A DNA stretch of 54,315 nt from Thermoflexales bacterium (GTDB lineage Bacteria; Chloroflexota; Anaerolineae; Fen-1058). Position numbers and translations under genes: made by a program. Location: contig DAOTXX010000104.1 of NCBI GenBank assembly GCA_034434835.1, forward strand, positions 1 through 54,315, in the 5' to 3' direction. The stretch's first letter is position 1. Each line of letters opens with the position of its first letter. The notes under the pieces are model-generated. The model worked only from the letters and a program-made list of their open reading frames with translations. It made no database searches and had not been told where the DNA came from. Shown in pieces: positions 47,287 to 54,315 of the stretch.

Positions 47287-47321
47287 TCCCCGTAAGGGGG
47301 CATCAGTTCCCGGAGGACAAG

Positions 47322-49130
47322 ATGAAATCCCAACGCTTGCTTTTTACTGCTGTGCTCAGCCTGGGGTTGACCCTCGCCTTGCTTGCTTGGTTGCACACAG
47401 TCCGCGCCTCGCCAACCGCTCACAGCCTGTTTGTCACCCCCACAGGCGGCGATACGGCCTGCACGCAGGCTGCCCCTTGCATCCTGGCGACCGCGCTGAG
47501 CCTGGCTGTAGACGGCGATACGATCTATGCGGCCAGCGGCGTCTACACCGGGACAGGCACAGAGGTCATTCATGTCACCGCCAGCATCACCCTCTACGGC
47601 GGCTGGGACGGCGCGACCAGCGGCCCGGTGGTGCGCGACCCTCAAGCCTATCCCACCATCCTGGATGGCGAAAACGCGCGGCGAGTGATGCTCATCTCTT
47701 TGCCAGTATCTCCCACCCTGGAGGGGCTGACGCTGCAGCGGGGCAACGCGGCGGGTCTGGACGGCGATCCCGCGATCCCCGACGCTGATGCTGGCGGCGG
47801 AGTTTATGCCAAAAATGCCAGCCCCACCATCAGCAACTGCCGTATCTTGAGCAGCACGGCTGGCTTTGGCGCAGGGCTGGCGCTCTACGGGGGCACACCG
47901 GCTGTCATCAACAGCGTGATCGCGGACAACGTCGCCATCCAGAGCATGAGCGGCATCACGAGAGGGGTCGGCGGCGGGATGTTCCTCTATCAGGGCGCGG
48001 GCGTCGTCGCCGGCAACCTCATCGCCAACAATATCGCCAGCGGCACACAGACATACGACGGCGGCGGCGGGCTGTACCTGGATAGCAGCACAACGCTCAT
48101 TCGCAATAACACTATCCAGGGCAACCGCGGCCCGCACAACGGCGGCGGAATGATGGTCTATGGAAGCGCGATCACTGTGCGGGGGAATGTTATCCTGGGC
48201 AATACGGGGGGCATTGGCGGCGGCGTGCTCCTGATGTCAAGCCCGGCCTACTTTGAGGCCAATACGATCCTGGGAAACGGGTCAACGGCGGGGGGTGGCG
48301 GATTGGTCATCTTTGATAGTGTCAGCTTTACGCTAACCAACAACGTCGTCGCGCAGAACCATGGCGCCTACCCGGCCGGGCTCCTTGCGACAGGGCTTTA
48401 CCCTGGCTCATACAGCCAGGGCGCGCTCATACACAACACCTTTGCAGACAACCACTCGTTCTTCAATCCCTGGATGATCGATCTGGGCAGCAGTTCTCTC
48501 GGATATGCAACGCTGGTCTTTACCAACAGTATCATCGGCCTGCCAGGAGGAGTATATGTGGCGGCAGGCAGCACGGCGGTGCTGGACACGACCTTGTGGG
48601 ACAGAATACCGATCGGCATGGAGACAGCCGGCCCCGGCACGATCATCAGCAGCGTCAATCTCTACGGCAACGCGAATTTTGTCGGCCAGTATCGCATCAG
48701 CCCCGGCTCATCGGCGATTGACCAGGGCGCGAACACCGGGATAGCGACCGACATTGATGGCGAAGCCCGCCCCAACGGCGCCAGGCCCGACATCGGCGCC
48801 GACGAGTTCTACTGCTACGCGCTGAGTGGCGTGACCATCGCCGGGCCGACGAGCGGCATCAGTGGCACGGCCATCGCCCTCACCGCCGTGGTCTCCCCAC
48901 TGACCAGCACGCTGCCGGTCACCTATACCTGGCAGGCAACCTCCCAAGCGCTGCTCAGCCGAACAGTCTATGCCCCGAGCGACACGGCGACCTTCACGTG
49001 GACAGTCACCGGCGTGCAAGCCATCACCGTCACTGCGGCCAACTGCGGCAGCAGTGTGACAGATACTCGCACGATCACCATTTACCATTCGCGCGTCTAC
49101 CTGCCGCTGGTGCTGCGGCAGTCCCCGTAA
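47322..49130 (+). CDS. secreted beta-helix repeat protein with PKD-like domain and C-terminal VYLPLVLRQSP
   Basis: signal peptide, beta-helix repeats, PKD-like segment, ends ...HSRVYLPLVLRQSP*. Confidence 0.7.
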   Translation: MKSQRLLFTAVLSLGLTLALLAWLHTVRASPTAHSLFVTPTGGDTACTQAAPCILATALSLAVDGDTIYAASGVYTGTGTEVIHVTASITLYGGWDGATSGPVVRDPQAYPTILDGENARRVMLISLPVSPTLEGLTLQRGNAAGLDGDPAIPDADAGGGVYAKNASPTISNCRILSSTAGFGAGLALYGGTPAVINSVIADNVAIQSMSGITRGVGGGMFLYQGAGVVAGNLIANNIASGTQTYDGGGGLYLDSSTTLIRNNTIQGNRGPHNGGGMMVYGSAITVRGNVILGNTGGIGGGVLLMSSPAYFEANTILGNGSTAGGGGLVIFDSVSFTLTNNVVAQNHGAYPAGLLATGLYPGSYSQGALIHNTFADNHSFFNPWMIDLGSSSLGYATLVFTNSIIGLPGGVYVAAGSTAVLDTTLWDRIPIGMETAGPGTIISSVNLYGNANFVGQYRISPGSSAIDQGANTGIATDIDGEARPNGARPDIGADEFYCYALSGVTIAGPTSGISGTAIALTAVVSPLTSTLPVTYTWQATSQALLSRTVYAPSDTATFTWTVTGVQAITVTAANCGSSVTDTRTITIYHSRVYLPLVLRQSP

Positions 49131-49201
49131 TGGGGCAGAATGATTGAGCGGGGAGCGCAGGTCTGCTCCCCAGTCCCTCATCACAGACAAAGGATGACAA
49201 T

Positions 49202-52114
49202 ATGCAAACCAAACGCCTCATTAGAATTATCGCTCTGGGCCTAGGGATGCTATTGACCCTGCTCGTCGGGTTGACGGCAGCCAGCGCCAAACCCGGTTCA
49301 CTGCCGGACATCGAGTTTCTGATCTCGCGCCGAGTCCACGAGATTCCGCGACAGTCGTTGTATGGGCAGCACCTCGCCAGCGTGCCAGAGCCTGCTCAGG
49401 CCGAGAAGACGACAGCCATTCAGCAGCAAGCTCAGGGCATCCAGGTGGTGGGCCAGCTCGGTGGCACGGTGCGTACCGTCACAGTGCAAGGCAGTCGGGC
49501 CTACATCGGCGTGGGGCCACGGCTGGTTGTTTTGGATATCACCGATCCGACTCGCCCAATAGTCAGCGGTCAATCCGCCGTGCTGCACGACATTGTCGAG
49601 CACGTGACCCTATCAGGCACCCTGGCCTATGTCGCTGATGGATACAGCGGCCTGTATATTTTCGACATCTCCAACCCTGCTGCTCCGGTCGAGGTAGGCT
49701 CCTACGACACATCCGGGCAGGCACACGAGGTGGTGGTGAGCGGAAGCCATGCCTACATCGCGGATGGCTCCGAGGGCCTGCGCATCCTCAATGTCTCTAG
49801 TCCAGCAGCTCCAAGCGAGGTTGGCTCTTTTGATACACCATCCGAGGCCTATGGCGTGGCCGTGACGGGCACGCACGCTTACGTCACGAGCTATTACGGC
49901 GGCCTGCACGTGATAGACGTGATCGCGCCGGCCTTTCCGGTGCAGGTCGGTTTCTACAATGGCCCGATGCTGGGTTACGCCTCGGGCGTGGCCGTAGCAG
50001 GGCATTACGCCTACGTCACCGATGGAAACCGTCTGCACGTCGTTGACATCCTCGACCCGGAGAACCCGTCCCAGGCATCCGCTTCTCGCGCGCCGGATGC
50101 ATGGGATGTGACCATCGCGGGCGACCGCGCCTACATCGCCTATGGGTACTATGAAGGCGGGCTACGCGTCGTTGACGTTCACAGCCCGACAGCTCCCACC
50201 GAGGTCGGCTTTTACGCCACGGGCAGTAAGGCGTATGACGTGGCTGTGGCTGGCGGGTATGCCTACCTCGCCAGCGGTGACGATGGGCTGCGGATCATCA
50301 ACGTAGCCAACCCGGCTCCGCCGCAAGAGGCCGGCTCTTTCGACACTACCGGAAGTCCTTATGACGTGGCCGTCTCGGGTAACTATGCTTACGTCGCCGA
50401 TGGGGCCAATGGTCTACGGGTGATTGACGTGTCTACGCCGACGCACCCGGTCGAGGTGGGAGGATACGACACGCCGGGGACCGCCTATGGCGTGGTGGCG
50501 AGCGGGCGCTACGCCTACGTCGCCGATGGAAGCGGCGGGCTGCGCATCATTGACGTGTTGACCCCAACCGCTCCATACCAGGTCGGCGTGTACACGCCGA
50601 CGTTGCCGATGGCGACTGCCTATGGCGTGACAGTGCGTGGCGATTATGCCTACGTTGCCCAAGGGGCTGCTGGCCTGGCGATTGTCAACATTCACACGCC
50701 TACCCTTCCCACCCAGGCCAGCGTTTACACCCAGACGCTGACGGGGCTGGCCTATGGTGTGGCCGTGTATGGAAACTATGCCTACATTGCCGATGGGGGT
50801 AGTGGCCTGCGCATCATCAACGTCCAGACTCCCACGCAGCCGAGCGAGGCCGGGTACTATACAGGGATTTTCGCCAGGAATGTGGCAGCAAGCTATTACG
50901 CCTACGTGGCAGATGTGAGCAATGGGTTATACGTCATTGACGTGCACAACCCGGCCAGTCCGACTCGGGTCAATACATCTGGCATTCCATCGGGTTCCAC
51001 TTACGACGTCGTCCTGGATTGGCCCTACGTCTATCTAGCCAGCGCAGTGAACGGCTTGCGCATCGTTGATGTCTCCAACGCAGTAACCCCGACCGTGGTC
51101 TATACCTGTGGAATACCGGCAGGAGGCTTCGCTTATGGCGTCGCGGTAGCAGGGAACTATGCCTACGTCGCCGATTCGAGCTATGGCCTGCGCGTCTTTA
51201 CGCTCACAGCCTTTAGCGAAGTTGGTCATTACGACACGCTGGCATCCGCGCAGAACGCAACCGTTTCCGGCACATATGCCTACGTCGCGGACGGCAACAA
51301 GGGGCTGCGCATCGTCAACATCTCTAACCCCTCCGCCGTGACCCTGGTTGGCCAGTACAAAACCCGTGGCGGGTATGCGACCAACGTGGCCGTGGCGGGA
51401 AACTATGCCTACGTCGCCGACCCGTATGGCCTGAGCATCATCAACGTGCAGAACCCAGCCGTACCGGCCGAGGTTAGCTACTATGACACAAAGCATAGCG
51501 TTCAAGACGTAGCGCTCGCCGGGCCTTATGCTTACCTCACCACTGACGCAAGCCTGCAAGTCGTCAATGTCTCCAACCCCCTGATGCCCACGCAAGCCGG
51601 CAGTTGCGCCTTGCCGGATTACGCCGTGGGGGTGGCAATATCTTGGCCCTACGCCTACGTCGCCAACTACCACAGCGGCCTGCGAGCCGTCAGGGTTAAC
51701 GTCTTGCCTCCAGTATCAGCAGGCTTTTACGATACCCCAGGCATCGCGTATGATGTAGTGGTGACTGGCAATTATGCCTATGTCGCGGACTGGACCGCTC
51801 TGCGTGTCATCAACATCAGCGACCCGGAACACCTGAGCCAAACTGGCGTTTACACCTTCTCATACCGCGTGATTTGGAGCGTTGCCGTCACGTGGCCGTA
51901 CGTCTACCTGGCCGACTCTGGGTATGGTCTGCATGTTCTGGACGTCTCGAACCCGGCAGAGCCACAGGAGGTGGGCTTTTACGAGACGCCCGGAGAGGCT
52001 GAAGGCGTGACGGCAGCCGGGAACTTGGTTTACGTTGCCGATGGAGAGGGAGGGCTGATCATGATCCGCCGACAACAGCGCGTCTACCTGCCGGTGGTGA
52101 TGCGAAATGGGTAG
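49202..52114 (+). CDS. secreted LVIVD-repeat (beta-propeller) protein with C-terminal VYLPVVMRNG
   Basis: signal peptide; >20 ~45-aa repeats of the form YAYVADGxxGLRIIDVSxPxxPxEVGxYDT; ends ...RRQQRVYLPVVMRNG*. Confidence 0.75.
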   Translation: MQTKRLIRIIALGLGMLLTLLVGLTAASAKPGSLPDIEFLISRRVHEIPRQSLYGQHLASVPEPAQAEKTTAIQQQAQGIQVVGQLGGTVRTVTVQGSRAYIGVGPRLVVLDITDPTRPIVSGQSAVLHDIVEHVTLSGTLAYVADGYSGLYIFDISNPAAPVEVGSYDTSGQAHEVVVSGSHAYIADGSEGLRILNVSSPAAPSEVGSFDTPSEAYGVAVTGTHAYVTSYYGGLHVIDVIAPAFPVQVGFYNGPMLGYASGVAVAGHYAYVTDGNRLHVVDILDPENPSQASASRAPDAWDVTIAGDRAYIAYGYYEGGLRVVDVHSPTAPTEVGFYATGSKAYDVAVAGGYAYLASGDDGLRIINVANPAPPQEAGSFDTTGSPYDVAVSGNYAYVADGANGLRVIDVSTPTHPVEVGGYDTPGTAYGVVASGRYAYVADGSGGLRIIDVLTPTAPYQVGVYTPTLPMATAYGVTVRGDYAYVAQGAAGLAIVNIHTPTLPTQASVYTQTLTGLAYGVAVYGNYAYIADGGSGLRIINVQTPTQPSEAGYYTGIFARNVAASYYAYVADVSNGLYVIDVHNPASPTRVNTSGIPSGSTYDVVLDWPYVYLASAVNGLRIVDVSNAVTPTVVYTCGIPAGGFAYGVAVAGNYAYVADSSYGLRVFTLTAFSEVGHYDTLASAQNATVSGTYAYVADGNKGLRIVNISNPSAVTLVGQYKTRGGYATNVAVAGNYAYVADPYGLSIINVQNPAVPAEVSYYDTKHSVQDVALAGPYAYLTTDASLQVVNVSNPLMPTQAGSCALPDYAVGVAISWPYAYVANYHSGLRAVRVNVLPPVSAGFYDTPGIAYDVVVTGNYAYVADWTALRVINISDPEHLSQTGVYTFSYRVIWSVAVTWPYVYLADSGYGLHVLDVSNPAEPQEVGFYETPGEAEGVTAAGNLVYVADGEGGLIMIRRQQRVYLPVVMRNG

Positions 52115-52202
52115 GACGGAGTGAACCTCCGCCCGCCTCCGGTCCGGCCCCCGGGCAGAACGTCAACCGGCGGGGAGAGGCCGGACTCCACGCCACAGCA
52201 CT

Positions 52203-54095
52203 GTGTGGAGGTGTGCGATGAAAGACAAACAGTGGTTGAATATTGGTTGGGCATCGGGGGCCGCGACCATTCTGATGATGGCACTCCTGGCGCTACTCAA
52301 GCCCTCTACCGTGTCGGCGAGCGGTGAGACGTTCCTCGTGAACTCATCCTCCGATCATCCCGACAGCAACATCGGCAATTGCGTCTGCCAGGGCGCCGGG
52401 GGCTGTACCCTGCGCGCGGCCATCCAGGAGGCCAACGCATGCCCTGGCCCGCAGACGATTCGGTTCAGCGCCGCTTATACAATCACGCCCGCCACCGTGC
52501 TGCCGGTGATCACCGACAACGGCACGGTGATTGACGGCAGTGATCAATGGTTCACAGGCACCTATAAGACCCCTGGCGTGGTAATCTACGGCGATTTCCG
52601 CGCCTTCAGCGGCGTGGTGATCACGGCGTCCAATTGCGCCGTTTATGGCATCGCGATCTCCAGCTTTGGCCAGCACGGCATCCATCTATACGGCGGCGCG
52701 CAGAACAACACCATCGGCGGGCAGGGTCATCAGCGTAACGTCATCTCGCATAATGGATGGAATGGTGTACTGATCGAGGGCACAACAACGACGGGCAACG
52801 ACGTGACCAACAACTACGTCGGCACCGACTCGACCGGCCGTTACGGCGCGGGCAACGGCTGGCACGGTATCAGCGTCTGGGATGGCGGGGGCAACCAAGT
52901 TATGCTCAACCTAGTTGCCGACAATGGCTGGAGTGGCATAACGATGGACGCCGCCAGCAGCGGCACGATCGCGCACAACCGTATCGGGATGAACGTCGCT
53001 GGCCAGCCGCTGAGCAACGGCTTCTACGGGGTCCACATCGGCCACGGCGCAACCCCTTGGGTCTCCCACAACACCATCGCCTTCAACCGCCGCGGCATAC
53101 ACATCGAGGGCGGTAGCGCTCCGTGGATCTACTACAACACCATTTACGGCAACAACGCCAGCAGTGTAGCTGCAAATCCAAAACGAGGGGGCGGCATCTA
53201 CTGCGACGATGCCCGGCCCACCATTGTCAGCAACGTCATCACGAACAACGTCGCCTATACGGCCGCTGACGCCCTCGGCTTCGGCGGCGGTCTCTACCTC
53301 CTCACCTGCGACGGCGTGATCAGCGGCAACACAGTGGTCAGCAACACAGCCAACACCGCCGGCGAGGGATGGGGAGGCGGCATCTACCTCTGGGGGGGCG
53401 ATGTCGTCGTCAGCAGCAACACCATTATGAGCAATACTGCCGGCGCCGATGTCAACAGCCGGGGTGGCGGCCTGATGCTCAGTTATAACAGCAACGCCAC
53501 GGTGGACGGCAACGTCATCGCCGGCAATAGCGCTTCCTTTGGCGGGGGCCTGCAAACCGAGAACAGCGCTTTCTTCACCGTGACCAACAACATCATTGCC
53601 CGGAACTCTGCCTTGTGGGACGGAGGCGGAGTGCGGGCCTGGGCCAGCATCCCTTCCCGTGGGCTGCTGGTCAACAACACCATCGCTCAGAACGGCGGAT
53701 GGCCTCCTACGGGGGTGTATCTGTCCCAATACTGCTTTCTCACCCTTACCAACAACATCGTCGTCAGCCACTATATCGGCATCCACGCCTCGCCGGGCCT
53801 CACGAACAGCGTCGCTGCGGATTACACGCTGTTTTACGGAAACATCAAGGACACCGATGGCAGCCTCATCACCAGCACACACGCGATCACCGGCCGCGAT
53901 CCGCTCTTTCTGGACCCGGCCGGGGGGAACTATCACCTGCGCGCCGGGTCGCCGGCGGTTGACGCCGGCATCACTGTTCCCTGGCTGACCACCGATATTG
54001 ATGGTGATCCCCGCCCTCTGGGCGCGAGGTATGACATCGGCGCGGATGAAGTGCGCTTCATCTACCTGCCGCTGGTACTGCGTCAGTCCCCGTAA
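52203..54095 (+). CDS. secreted beta-helix repeat protein with C-terminal IYLPLVLRQSP
   Basis: signal peptide, NNxI/V beta-helix repeats, ends ...GADEVRFIYLPLVLRQSP*. Confidence 0.7.
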   Translation: MWRCAMKDKQWLNIGWASGAATILMMALLALLKPSTVSASGETFLVNSSSDHPDSNIGNCVCQGAGGCTLRAAIQEANACPGPQTIRFSAAYTITPATVLPVITDNGTVIDGSDQWFTGTYKTPGVVIYGDFRAFSGVVITASNCAVYGIAISSFGQHGIHLYGGAQNNTIGGQGHQRNVISHNGWNGVLIEGTTTTGNDVTNNYVGTDSTGRYGAGNGWHGISVWDGGGNQVMLNLVADNGWSGITMDAASSGTIAHNRIGMNVAGQPLSNGFYGVHIGHGATPWVSHNTIAFNRRGIHIEGGSAPWIYYNTIYGNNASSVAANPKRGGGIYCDDARPTIVSNVITNNVAYTAADALGFGGGLYLLTCDGVISGNTVVSNTANTAGEGWGGGIYLWGGDVVVSSNTIMSNTAGADVNSRGGGLMLSYNSNATVDGNVIAGNSASFGGGLQTENSAFFTVTNNIIARNSALWDGGGVRAWASIPSRGLLVNNTIAQNGGWPPTGVYLSQYCFLTLTNNIVVSHYIGIHASPGLTNSVAADYTLFYGNIKDTDGSLITSTHAITGRDPLFLDPAGGNYHLRAGSPAVDAGITVPWLTTDIDGDPRPLGARYDIGADEVRFIYLPLVLRQSP

Positions 54096-54315
54096 GGGGG
54101 CAGAATTGCTGAGCGACGAAGAGCAGAGGGGCGAGCAAGACATGTACTCTTCCTTGTCCCTCTGCTCCTCATCACAAACACAAGACATGCGGTAAAAAGT
54201 CAATAGGCACATTGACAATCGAATAGGCGACCGTGGGCCACTTGGCCTGCTGCAAGCCGCATCCGTGTATACCAACAGAACTTGCACTTTTCTGCGGTCG
54301 AGCTACCTGGACGCG

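Overview
This is a high-GC (~60%) bacterial chromosomal window. Gene content (T-box leader, FhaA/FhaB, abundant WD40/TPR/pentapeptide/LVIVD proteins, UgpB lipoprotein) is most consistent with a Chloroflexi-like genome, which I could not confirm without a database search. Most large antisense ORFs in the six-frame track are GC-driven artefacts.

Housekeeping genes, almost all on the minus strand from 63 to 38060:
- An operon of two TPR membrane proteins, RNase PH and a membrane HExxH metalloprotease, with its own promoter.
- A canonical valS (906 aa) and a second ValS-like class-I aaRS (840 aa) whose leader is a T-box riboswitch.
- A RodA gene paired with a PBP2-like protein whose three catalytic motifs look degenerate.
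- An MTA-cycle pair: an MtaD-CYTH fusion and MtnP.
- Cysteine desulfurase, an SDR reductase and an FhaA/FhaB-like FHA pair.

Plus-strand genes from 38364:
- selD read as a selenoprotein; its in-frame TGA was missed by the ORF track.
- A UgpB/A/E-like ABC transporter and a glycerophosphodiester phosphodiesterase (GDPD) lipoprotein.
- An FHA+OmpR-type regulator.
- Four tandem secreted repeat proteins.

Accessory and mobile content:
- Two IS200-like/REP-associated tyrosine transposase genes, each flanked by REP-like hairpin arrays.
- A HepT/MNT toxin-antitoxin pair.
- A STAND-like NTPase-TPR protein.
- Three copies of a 92-bp MITE with 10-bp target-site duplications.
- Numerous tandem heptanucleotide arrays.

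Most novel candidates:
1. An operon with its own promoter encoding a Tat-lipoprotein WD40 beta-propeller whose C-terminal tail is SCIFF/ranthipeptide-like (GGGG followed by a 6-Cys 23-aa segment). The following gene, 12 nt downstream and probably translationally coupled, is a radical-SAM/SPASM enzyme with an N-terminal PqqD-like RRE. The operon sits directly downstream of a bacterial major-vault-protein homolog.
2. A cluster of four secreted beta-helix/LVIVD proteins sharing an extreme C-terminal [V/I]YLP[L/V]V[L/M]R motif. Three of them also share nucleotide-level conservation through the stop codon, including a CCCC-GUAA-GGGG hairpin.
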